Shown here piece by piece: positions 42,815-51,992 of a stretch of DNA of 64,000 nucleotides. The notes beneath the pieces were generated by a model, which made no database searches, was not told the DNA's origin, and worked only from the letters and a program-made list of their open reading frames with translations. Position numbers and translations under genes: made by a program. Numbering within the stretch: the first letter of the stretch is position 1; every line of letters begins with the position of its first letter. Source of the DNA: an uncultured Planctomycetota bacterium (lineage in GTDB: Bacteria; Planctomycetota; Planctomycetia; Isosphaerales; Isosphaeraceae); NCBI GenBank assembly GCA_963823665.1, contig CAWGMQ010000003.1, positions 800,001 to 864,000 of the forward strand, in the 5' to 3' direction.

Positions 42815-43160
42815 ATGCCTTTGGTATTCCGCTTGATGAGGAAGGATGCCGACGGATTCCCAACCCTTAGCCCAACGAGCCTCGGAGTCCGCCCCTCAGG
42901 TGTCGGTGTCGACGCAGCGAAGAGTGTGCAGGGACTTGACCATGCGGTCGCAACTCCCAGAAATGAACCCTAACTACCTCGCGGTGGAGCGCGGAGTTCG
43001 TGAGTTGCACGCGCTGATAGCGGAGGGCAAGGAAGACTCGCCGGAAGCCGACGCCATCCGAGACGCAACCGATGGACCTTGGGAGTCACTTTCGGAAGCC
43101 GAGCGCCAACGCATTCGAAATCTGTCCGAGGCTCTTTACTCGCGGCACGAAAATGCGTGA
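42815..43160 (+). pseudogene. Two overlapping short ORFs/fragments of a possible toxin-partner pair
   Basis: 42815-42973 MPLVFRLMRKDADGFP...LGVRP and 42963-43160 NPNY...LHALIAEGKEDSPEADAIRD..W..LS..E..RIRNLSEALY; both look truncated. Confidence 0.4.
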
Positions 43161-43232
43161 GGCTCTGCGAGCAGTTTCTGGTGACGCCAAGCTCCGCCGC
43201 GATAATGAGCGAGTTTTCCGTAGTCTCCCGGT

Positions 43233-43967
43233 TCACGAGACGTGTCCGATAAGACCGGCGAGTTTTTTTATTTCGTCGAGGAATGTCACCATTCCATTCT
43301 GGGCGCCACGCTCGCGTAGGGTCGCCAACGACGTTTCGAGCCAGCAGCGGCGCTCACGGTCGGGGTCTCCGGCGCAGAGAACACGAAGAACCCGCTTCGG
43401 ACTGCGCTTCGCCTGGTCGTTTTTGCCGGCGGTCAACTCATGCGACCGCGCGCGCGGATCGAAACCCAAGTTCTGACGTTCGTCCTCGAGCCTCTGTTAC
43501 TCATCGTCGTTGGCCGGGTCGAACCCACTGATAACCCAGCATTCCCGTTCGGGGATGGCCAGGCCGACGACGATTACAGCCGCCGCCGCGAAGCGATTTC
43601 TCGCTTGTTCCAGTCCTGATTGCCGCTCGACTTGATCGTCCCTGTCGCGGATCAGCAGAATCGCATCAACCGCGTCAAAACTGGCGAGCACGTAAGCAAT
43701 CGCGCGGGAAGCCGCTTTCGCGTCCGGCAGTGCGGGACCGCCGTCAAAATGGCCACGCACCCGGATCCCGAGTTTTCGTGCACCGATTGAGATTGATTGC
43801 CACGTCAGCCGCGCTCCCGACTGATTGCCGCCGATCCATTGTCGCTGTGAGTCGAGCAGCGTTTCATCGAGCCAGGTAATTTCATCTGTCAATACGCGAT
43901 CGGCGAGTTCCGTCGCCGTAGTGAAGTCTGCCTGGGCCTCGTAAACGACAATGAAACTCGCGGTCAC
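43233..43967 (-). pseudogene. TOPRIM-like partner of the ABC ATPase; in-frame TAA at 43497-43499
   Basis: IVVYE...D, LLIRDRDD and PERECW; the frame continues after the stop (QRLEDERQNLGFDP...SPKRVL). Confidence 0.6.
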
Positions 43968-43971
43968 GACG

Positions 43972-45174
43972 CTAAACCCCCCTCGCCGGGACAGTCCCCG
44001 CGAGTGCCTCGGCCCCGTGTCGGTAATCAGGATCCTTGGAGTTCGCTGCGCCTCCGCTGGCGAGCCACTTCTCACCGAATAAACTCCACATCTCTCCGGG
44101 AGCCATCTCGTCCTTCCACTTCTCGAATTGAGGATGATCGATTAACCGGCCGCAGAGGGAATAACCATCAGGCCCAATCGTCAGCAGGCGAACTTGCTCT
44201 GGTTGCAAGCTGTCGAGCAAGTATGGCGAATGGGCGCTGGCCAAGACTTGAAGTTCAGGAAACCGTTTCATCACTCTACTGAGCACATCCAATAGTGACT
44301 TCTGAGCGAGCGGGTGCAAGCCGTGCTCAATATCGTCCAACAGGAGGATCGATGGTTTGCTTGGACCGAGGAGCACCGTGAGGAGACCCAACAGCATCAA
44401 CGTGCCTTCACTGGCGGTATGGGCTGAAACGTTATTGGCGTTCACGAAATCGAAAAGGATAGCGTCTCCCTGGAACTCTCGGCTGGACCGATGCTCGAAT
44501 GCTTCGTTTCCAAACCGAACGAATTCCTATTCAAGACGTTGAACAGGAATCTTGGTGAAGCGGATACGTTTCAAATGCGGAACGAGCCCACGCATCTCTT
44601 CCACAAGCGCTTCGAATCCGTCCGGGTCATTGAGGGCCATGAACGCCAGTACGGAAGCTAATCCGTCGCCGTCGTATTCTATTTCAGGAGGAGATCGATC
44701 TGAGTACGTGGCCTTCGCTAGTTTCGTCTCACTGAGGTGGAGAAACACGATAGACCGAGCAGGGCGCAGCGCATCCTCTAAGAGTGCTGCCTCCGCTGGG
44801 GACGTCTGGAAGTGCCAAACTCCTTGACCGTAGAGCTCCGTTTGCAGGGGCGGAAATTCAGGTGGCGGGGTGGCCGAAACCGAGAATGTTCCGCCCGAAG
44901 TCGTGCAAGAGATCCTCATGTCGCCGGAGCCGCCGCGAGTGTAAAGCCAATCGCAGTGCCGCTCCGAGCCGAAGACTCTGTCCGGTCTCGGCTTCCAAAC
45001 CTTGGGCCGTTTCTTCGACGTCTGAGGCGTAGCCGCACGCACCGCAAGATAAATCGCGTCGAGCACACTCGTCTTGCCGCTTGCGTTAGCGCCAACAAAG
45101 ACCGTGAGCCGTTCTAGATCGATCTTCTGGAGGCGAATGTTCTTGAAGTTGCTAAGTTCGATCGAGTTTATCAT
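43972..45174 (-). pseudogene. ABC/SMC-like ATPase (AAA_21/AAA_15 type); in-frame TAG at 44527-44529
   Basis: NFKNI, Walker A GANASGKT, signature SEGT, Walker B LLLDDIEHGLHP and H-loop SAHSPY; both halves are in the same frame; GGAGG RBS. Confidence 0.8.
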
Positions 45175-45265
45175 GCCTCCTCATCTCCTTGTCTTGAGCG
45201 CCGCCCCTTAATGCACGCTTTTCCGTTGCATACGTCGGCCTTCGTGCTGATCCTGTCTTGCCATT

Positions 45266-46156
45266 TCATGGTGTTGCTCCCTTGGCCCTACGTGACGCCA
45301 TCTTGACCGCGTTCGTCAAGTGAATATCGTTGACGCGATCTCCAGTGAAAGCTCCGTCCTTCCAGAACCAAGGGTAATCGTTTATGTCTCGTTCCGGCTC
45401 TTTGCCGCGGTCTTTGGTCCACTTAATGTTGGGGTTCTTGCGGAGGATGCCTGCTGTCATGAAGGGGCGGATGTTTATGCGCACGCCGTCGTTGAGGTTT
45501 GGGCTCCCGCCGATCGGCTGCTCATGCAGGGGCTTCCAGCGGACGAAGATGTCGTGGGGCGGCTCGCCGGCCAAGATGAGCTTGAGCTTTTGTTGCAATT
45601 CCTGGGCGGCGTTCAGACGGAGATCGGCCCCGACCTTGTCGGACTTGCTCTGGGCAGTGATCCAGTCACCGAGATACGAGTAGATGAGGTTTCCCAGCGC
45701 TTTGTGGTCGAGCTTGTGGTAGTTCACCAGGGCCGAGAAACGATCCTTGCGACCGTCCCAGATGTGCCAGATGAACGGGCGGTTGTGGAAGCGCTTGCAG
45801 TGCTGGTCGAAGAACTGGTTTCGGAGCCAGTCGTCGAGCGTGGTCCCCGCGGTGCATCCGGCGCCAGTGAGCAGATTGTGCAGTACTGAATCGGTCGAGG
45901 CGGGGGAGACGTCGAATCGCTCTCGCGGTGCAACACCGAACTTACGAAGGATGAACCCGCACTTGAAACACGTGAGGTAGGCAGCCTCCTGAGCGAAGTT
46001 CGGATGGATGCGGATTCGATGCAAGCGCACGGGGCCGCGAGCAACGTCCAAGACAGCCATGTTCTTGACGGACGAATCCTGGACGACCTGAACGGGACAG
46101 CCCGTCAGGGATTCGACTTCATCGACGGTTCGCTTGACGGCGGTCTGTGGGTCCAT
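45266..46156 (-). pseudogene. pglX: Chimeric ORF: ~90 aa unrelated N-terminus fused to the C-terminal part of BREX methyltransferase PglX
   Basis: WLRNQFFDQHCKRFHNRPFIWHIWDG, FSALVNYHKL, YLGDW, DIFVRWKPL.EQPIG and NDGVRINIRPF; no SAM-binding or NPPY motifs present. Confidence 0.72.
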
Positions 46157-46312
46157 CTTGCTATTATCCTCGGAGCACAGGGTTTTTCCCAGACTGGGCT
46201 GTGAGCGGGGCAGGCTTACGCCGCTTTCACTGGGATTGTGCTATGTCGTCTCGGCGGGTCGTGCTCGCAGCCGTCGTCGGCCCAGAAGCTGTGCGGTCTT
46301 TCCTGCGCGCCA

Positions 46313-46361
46313 ACCCCCCTCCGCCGCCTGCGGCGGCACCTTCCCCACAAGGGCGGAAGGA
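46313..46361. repeat. REP-like double hairpin next to the IS
   Basis: CCGCCGC-CT-GCGGCGG followed by CCTTCCCC-ACAA-GGGCGGAAGG. Confidence 0.6.
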
Positions 46362-46383
46362 ATGCCTGATGCCCCTTCGCGGA

Positions 46384-48035
46384 GAGGCTGTCATCTTTTG
46401 GCCGCGTTGCGGTAACTCGGCCGTTGGGCCTAGTCGGCTGTGATTCACCGCTTGGTCGCTCGGTTAGTGCCGCCGATTCACGCCAGTTCTCCAATAGCCC
46501 AGCCGTTGACGCAAACGCGCTTTCCTATTTTGTCCCTTTTTTGCAAAGTACCGCTCATTCCGCCAGTTTGCCCATCGCTGGGCGCAGTCTCCCTGCGACA
46601 ACCAGGTTGTGAGCAATTGCAAACAACAATGCGACGGCGCGGCAACGCGGTTGGCCACGCACGGGCATAAACCAGAATCCTCGATTGCGAGCCTGGGCGT
46701 TGACCCACTCGGCTGTTTGGCCTCGCAGCCGGTAGATCAGCTTCGCGGCCTCGGTCCCCATTCGGATCCGCCAAGCGGCAACCGCTTCGCTGTCGCCCTT
46801 CTTTGCGGTGTAGGGATCTTCTCCATTTGCCTGTTTCTTTTTCTCGTCTCTGATCGGCCCGTATACGATGCAGCCGCGTTGGGCCGCCTGATCGATCGAG
46901 TCCTTGGTCGTGAAGCCACCGTCAACCAATGCCTCATCCGGAATTCGTTCGTAACGCTCCTCCAACTGGTCGAGCATGGGCGGAAGTTCTTCGCCATCGT
47001 TCCCTGCGTTGGTCACCTCCACACCCACAATCACACCGCTTTCGGTGTCTGTTGTGAATTGAACGTTATATCCCGGCCGGAATCCTCCGTCTGGAAACTT
47101 CATGATCCTCGCGTCGGGGTCGGTGGTCGAAGCACGCGCTTCCCGCCCCTTGCGGCCGTAGGACTCGTCACGTTCGCGTTGCAGCTCCTCGCACTGCCGC
47201 ATCGCTTCTTCGATCCGTTGCTGTCGCTTGTTGGCGGCACGCTCCCGCGCCGCTCGCTGCCGTCGAGTCAGCTCTGCTGTGTCCTCCTCGGCCAGTTTCT
47301 TCAGCGCCTCAACCTGCTCCTTCGCCGCTTTCAGGCACTCCTCCAGGCTACCGCGACGACGAAACGAGCTCTTGCCCGCGCTGGCACGCACTCTCATTCC
47401 GTCCTGAGCGACCCGGTCCATTTTCACCAACCCGGCATGGAGCAGGGTGCCCACGATCTGCGTGAGCAGTTCGTTCAACTTCTCGCCCCCACAAGCGAGG
47501 AAGTGGGACAACATGCTGTGGTTGACGGTTACGCCGCCGCACAGCCACTGGTACGGCAGACTCCCTTGGTTCTTTTCGCACAGCCGTTCGATTTCACGGG
47601 CGCTGCCGACTCCCTTCAATGTGGCGAAAACCCGCAATCCGACCAGCAAGCGCGGGTCGGTGGCATCTCGGCCGACATGTCGCTCGACGGCCTTGATCTC
47701 GCCGAGCCAGGCTTTCAGATCGAGCTTGCAGACCGCCGCCCAGACGACCCGGGCCGGATGGTCGGCCTCGAGCAATTCATCGAGCGATGCCCAGCGCATC
47801 TCGATCTGGTCGCGTACGGGACACCGCAGCCGCGGCTTGCCAGTTGGCATCGACTGGGCAGCCTGGGCGGGAGAGGGCTGATCGGGCAAGTCTTCTGGGC
47901 TAAAGAGAGGAAGTGTCATGACGCTCGTCCTGCAACACCGGGGCTGCGTGGGGCTCATGCGGCGGACTACATGCATGGTATTAGAACGTGAACACTATAC
48001 AAAATCAACCCCAACGCCGAAAAAATCACAGCCTC
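46384..48035 (-). mobile_element. IS1182-family insertion sequence with imperfect terminal inverted repeats and GGA target duplication
   Basis: Left end GAGGCTGTCATCTTTT; reverse complement of right end GAGGCTGTGATTTTTT; GGA at 46381-46383 and 48036-48038. Confidence 0.85.
46555..47919 (-). CDS. IS1182-family DDE transposase
   Basis: DHPARVVW, SAREIERLC, YQWLCGG, AQDGMRVRASA, STTDPDARIM, GYNVQ, LVDGGF and YRLR..TAEWVN. Confidence 0.88.
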   Translation of the reverse strand: MTLPLFSPEDLPDQPSPAQAAQSMPTGKPRLRCPVRDQIEMRWASLDELLEADHPARVVWAAVCKLDLKAWLGEIKAVERHVGRDATDPRLLVGLRVFATLKGVGSAREIERLCEKNQGSLPYQWLCGGVTVNHSMLSHFLACGGEKLNELLTQIVGTLLHAGLVKMDRVAQDGMRVRASAGKSSFRRRGSLEECLKAAKEQVEALKKLAEEDTAELTRRQRAARERAANKRQQRIEEAMRQCEELQRERDESYGRKGREARASTTDPDARIMKFPDGGFRPGYNVQFTTDTESGVIVGVEVTNAGNDGEELPPMLDQLEERYERIPDEALVDGGFTTKDSIDQAAQRGCIVYGPIRDEKKKQANGEDPYTAKKGDSEAVAAWRIRMGTEAAKLIYRLRGQTAEWVNAQARNRGFWFMPVRGQPRCRAVALLFAIAHNLVVAGRLRPAMGKLAE

Positions 48036-48596
48036 GGAGCGAAGGGCGACATTGGGCAGCCGGCGAGGTGGCCCCATCAATCCTGTTCGCGGGACAGCTA
48101 CCGACTGTAGAACCGTATGCGGGAAAACCGCCCGCCGACACGGATCGGAGGACGGAGAGAAATCGAAACCCATCGATCGTTCCGACCCCTACCGAGCGTG
48201 TTCCGGTTGGCCGGATTATGCCGGATAAGCACAGCGCGGCGAGTCTTGCCTTGTGCGGCAATGCCTTGAGATCGCGGAGCTGGCGCATCTGATCGTTGTT
48301 CGATCGTCAAAATCGATGCAGGTTCCCTGGGAACCGCAGTTTTGGGAACCGGAAATTTTTGTTCATAGGGGAATCATGACCTATATTGTGGCGTCGTGAT
48401 GGATGATCCGGGATGGCGCATTTTGCGGCGCGGGTGTTCGTGCCGGAGCGCCAGGCTGATCGGGTCGTCGTCCCAGCGCGGTCGGAATGGTTGGGATTTC
48501 ACGCGACAGAGTTCAGGGAAATCGTCGGCTTGAAGCGTGAGCTATGTTGCGGGAATTGGTGGGCTTTCGAGCCACATATAGGGTTATGGTGATGCG

Positions 48597-50774
48597 ATGG
48601 GTGTGCTGCAAGGTGCCGCGGTTGTCGGGATGCGTGATCAGCGGTCTTCGACCGGCAATGGGTCGCGGTTCAACGCGGTCAAGCATGGGCTGACGGCGAA
48701 GACGCCGGTTTTGCCGGGGGAGGATCCGGCGGAGCTTCAGGCGAAGATTGATGCGTACAAAGCCAAGTATCAGACGCGAGACCAGGTCGAGCACGACCTG
48801 GCCGAGATGGCGGCGATGGCTTGCTGGCAGGCCAAGCGGGCCAACCGATTGGAGACCGTCCGGCTGACGTGCGGTATTGTGGCTCGGCCGGATGCCGATG
48901 CGCTTTGCGCGGGGAATGAAGTCGACGGCCTCGGTCGTCGCTTGTTGTTTGACCGCCGCGGGCCCTGGCAGCTTTATCCGTCGCCAGAGTATATGCATAA
49001 GCAGCCGCGGACCTCGGATTCGGGCGAACCTATTGACCCCGATCAGCCTGCGGTGATCAAACGCGGGCTTGAAGCGACCCCCGAGGGCTGCGGCTGGCTG
49101 CTGGACCGGTGGTTCGAGCTGAGGAAGCCGCTCGAGAACGAGAGCGAGGATGGCTCGGGCTGGATTTCGTGTCAGAAATTCACGGCCATCCGTCTGCTGG
49201 GTAAGCAGCCGCTCGACGCCATCCACGATCCCGAAGTGGCCATGGTGTTTCTCGCAAGCCATGCCATCAGTCCGAATTTTGCAACGGCTTTTCACGAGCT
49301 TCGGTGCGAGATCCGCGACGATCAGGTTGAGATGTATGAGGGCGAGCTTTGTCGAGAGGAGTGGCAGGCAATCACTCCGGCGGATACCGCGGCCGGACGG
49401 GCGGCGTTGTTCGAAATCGTTGACCGGGAGATTGAGCGGCTGAGGATACTCGAAGCCAAGCGGGCGGAAGTCGCCGACTTCCTCGATCAGGTTCAGACGG
49501 ATGTCCCCAGCGAAGCTCAGTGTAAGGCCGTCGAGCAGATTCGGCGTCATCTTCAGAGTGCCAACCGACTGATGCTGCGGAACATTGACGCGATTGAGAG
49601 GGCGCGACGGAAGGAGGCGGAAGGGTGGTACAAGGTCCGGCGGGAACGAGAACGGCTGAAAGCAGAAGCACGACGCGGGCATATGTCCGATCTGCGATTT
49701 GTGATCGATGAGCGTGGGAGCGTTCGCGATGCCCAAGGCTATGACGGCGACCTCGAGGCTGGGCTGGCTCGCTGGAAGGCGACGCACGGACCGCAGCCTT
49801 GTGAGAAGCCGTATTACAGTGCGCCTGGTGCTGGCGGCGAGAGCTACACATGTGGCACGCCGAATGACGTGAGCGCGAAGCCCGCACACTCGCAGATCCA
49901 GGGCCAAACGGAAGCGATCACCGATCGGGCGTGCGAGACGGCCGCGGGGAATAGTGATGCTCGGGAAGCGCCCGTGGCGATGCGGGCGGATGGGGTGACG
50001 GATGATCGTGCGATGGATCAGGGCGCTGCGGCCGGGGCGGAAATGCGGGATGGGGCCGCGGATTTGGGTCAAGCTGGGCTGAGCGATTTCGTTTCCGTAA
50101 CCCTTACGGGACAAGGGCCCGCGACGAATATACAAAACGAAATCGACGGGGGGAGCAGCGAGGGCGGAGGACGGAGAGCGGAGGAGGGAGGAGGGGCGGC
50201 GGAGGACGGAGGGCGGAGAGCGGAGGAGGGAGGAGGGGCGGCGGACTGGGGCGAGCCTTCGCGTGCAGGAGACCCGCGCCGAACTGGTGGCCACACAGAG
50301 GCGGAAATCGAGGACGCGGCCACCGGTTCCGGACAAGTTGGGCTGAGCGATTTCGTTTCCTTAACCCTTACGGAGAAAGTGCCCGCGACGAATATACAAA
50401 ACGAAATGGTGGAGGACGGACCAAGCGAGGCTGCGGGCGACGCGCCGATCGAAGCTGTGGCGGCCGGGCAAGACGAAGGGGGCGAGACCGGCTGCCAGGA
50501 GGACGGTGGCGGTGATGATTTGCCGGCGACTTTGGGCGAAGAGGGTTGCGTGGTGGCGCCTCGGGTGCCGGAGCCGCTTTCCAAGAGGGAGAGACGGCGG
50601 CGGGGACGTGAAAGGGCGCGGCGACGTGAAATGGCGAGGAAGGAGTTTGAGCGCCGGCGCGGGGTGATCGCGAGTCAACCCGATGTTTCGGTGGGCGAGA
50701 TACTCGACAGCGTTGAGTCGATCTTGCCGAACGCGGTCGCGTTTCTCCGGAAATACGGGCCGCGGTCGCCGTGA
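48597..50774 (+). CDS. Hypothetical protein of the 'NA.KHGLTA' family with a low-complexity, repeat-containing C-terminus
   Basis: SRFNAVKHGLTAKTPVLPGED...W...RA.R.ET N-terminus, helical middle region, acidic Gly-rich tail. Confidence 0.7.
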   Translation: MGVLQGAAVVGMRDQRSSTGNGSRFNAVKHGLTAKTPVLPGEDPAELQAKIDAYKAKYQTRDQVEHDLAEMAAMACWQAKRANRLETVRLTCGIVARPDADALCAGNEVDGLGRRLLFDRRGPWQLYPSPEYMHKQPRTSDSGEPIDPDQPAVIKRGLEATPEGCGWLLDRWFELRKPLENESEDGSGWISCQKFTAIRLLGKQPLDAIHDPEVAMVFLASHAISPNFATAFHELRCEIRDDQVEMYEGELCREEWQAITPADTAAGRAALFEIVDREIERLRILEAKRAEVADFLDQVQTDVPSEAQCKAVEQIRRHLQSANRLMLRNIDAIERARRKEAEGWYKVRRERERLKAEARRGHMSDLRFVIDERGSVRDAQGYDGDLEAGLARWKATHGPQPCEKPYYSAPGAGGESYTCGTPNDVSAKPAHSQIQGQTEAITDRACETAAGNSDAREAPVAMRADGVTDDRAMDQGAAAGAEMRDGAADLGQAGLSDFVSVTLTGQGPATNIQNEIDGGSSEGGGRRAEEGGGAAEDGGRRAEEGGGAADWGEPSRAGDPRRTGGHTEAEIEDAATGSGQVGLSDFVSLTLTEKVPATNIQNEMVEDGPSEAAGDAPIEAVAAGQDEGGETGCQEDGGGDDLPATLGEEGCVVAPRVPEPLSKRERRRRGRERARRREMARKEFERRRGVIASQPDVSVGEILDSVESILPNAVAFLRKYGPRSP
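50070..50407 (+). repeat. 74-bp direct repeat (50070-50143, 50334-50407) enclosing a GGA-rich tandem duplication
   Basis: Both copies encode Q(A/V)GLSDFVS(V/L)TLT..(G/V)PATNIQNE with ~6 mismatches; GGRRAEEGGGAA occurs twice at ~50165-50245. Confidence 0.85.
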
Positions 50775-50894
50775 CGTGCTTGGGGGGCCGTGAGCCGGGA
50801 CTGATGAAAAGCGGGACGTATTGGCGAATTTCGAGCTCGAAGGTTCGGCGTTTTCTGTTGCGAGACGGCTTTGTGATGGCGGCCGCCGGGACAG

Positions 50895-50927
50895 ACCCCC
50901 CTGGCCCCCCTTTTTGCAAGGGGGGGA
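50895..50927. repeat. C/G-rich REP-like hairpin, copy 2
   Basis: ACCCCCCTGG-CCCCCCTT-TTTGC-AAGGGGGG-GA, similar to 14840-14871. Confidence 0.6.
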
Positions 50928-50955
50928 AGGGAGCGGGCCGGTTACGCTTGCTTAC

Positions 50956-51170
50956 GTTCCGGGGACACCATGCCTAATTCTTCGAACGTCCCTCCGGGGC
51001 AGGTTTTTACTTTCTCGGTATTCGCCCGTGTTTTTTTGGAGCGACGGTCGAAACGCTCCCTCTCCCAGCGGTCGGCCGGCATCTTCTTTCGATCGAAAGA
51101 GCTTTATGTCCTCCTCTCGAATCACACCTGCAAGAAAGCTGCGCCAGTTTGGGGGCCAGCTCAAGGGGAA
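50956..51170 (-). mobile_element. 3' remnant and right inverted end of RAYT-like transposase
   Basis: WRSFLAGVIREEDIKLFRSKEDAGRPLGEGAF (typical R...TGRPLG..F tail). Segment 50956-50980 is the reverse complement of 39804-39828 at 23/25. Confidence 0.7.
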
Positions 51171-51329
51171 AAGTCATTCTCGATCCGTGATATCTAGGAA
51201 ATTTCTCGCCTCGCATGTAGCAGCGGGTGTATCCTGTTGTCGTTGCCGATTTCAAGAGGCCTCGTCAGCAAGGTGCCGCACCTGGTCCGTGGCCTCTTCG
51301 TCCAACGACCCGACAACCGGAGACACGAC

Positions 51330-51911
51330 ATGATGAAGAAACTCGGATTCGCAGCCGCTCTCGCCGTCGCGGCGACGCTCGTCATCGGAGCGCCGGCGAT
51401 GGCCCAGACCGCCAAGAAGAAGCAGCAGCGCATCAGCCCGCACGAGACGATCACGGAGACGATTGACGGTAACGAGGTGAAGCTCGTCTACGGGCGCCCA
51501 TACACCAAGAAACCTGGGACCGACGAGGTCCGCAAAATTTGGGGCGGCCTGGTCCCGTACGGCAAGGTCTGGCGGACTGGCGCTGACGAAGCGACCCTGC
51601 TCACGACCAAGGAGCCGATCGAGATCGGCGGCTACTCACTCGCCGCCGGCACGTATTCACTGTTCACCGTCCCTAACGAGGACGGCACCGCCAAGCTCAT
51701 CATCAACAAGAAGACCGGGCAGTGGGGCGTCCCCTATAAAGAAGAGTCCGAGAAGGCCAACGAGCTGGCGCGGGTGGACCTCAAGAAGTCGGACCTCGAT
51801 AAGGACGTTGACCAGTTCACGATGGCGATCGAGAAGGAGGACGGCGGGGGTAAGCTCAAAATGTGTTGGGAGAAAACGGAGTACTCGATCAAGTTCACCG
51901 TGAAGAAATGA
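51330..51911 (+). CDS. DUF2911 family secreted protein
   Basis: Signal peptide (..PAMAQ); SP, YGRP, GLVPYGKVWRTGADEAT, GTYSLFTVP and QWG; GGAGA RBS. Confidence 0.88.
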   Translation: MMKKLGFAAALAVAATLVIGAPAMAQTAKKKQQRISPHETITETIDGNEVKLVYGRPYTKKPGTDEVRKIWGGLVPYGKVWRTGADEATLLTTKEPIEIGGYSLAAGTYSLFTVPNEDGTAKLIINKKTGQWGVPYKEESEKANELARVDLKKSDLDKDVDQFTMAIEKEDGGGKLKMCWEKTEYSIKFTVKK

Positions 51912-51992
51912 GGCCGAAAGGCCGCGTGCTCACACTGATTTCCATCGCGGCCCATGCGGTCGCGATGGATTCTTCAACTCCGGGGCTCGCCC

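Noticed and set aside
43233..45174. Stop-codon readthrough or recoding of in-frame stops in adjacent genes
   Set aside because: The stops are of different types (TAG, TAA, TGA), all three terminate normal genes in this window, and they cluster in a visibly decaying island.
48513..50336. 607-aa minus-strand ORF
   Set aside because: Antisense shadow of the plus-strand gene with Arg/Pro-rich non-protein-like composition; the same applies to 46609..47991 and the many other shadow ORFs in this high-GC DNA.
50070..50407. CRISPR-like array
   Set aside because: Only two long repeats, in frame within a CDS; no regular spacers or cas genes.
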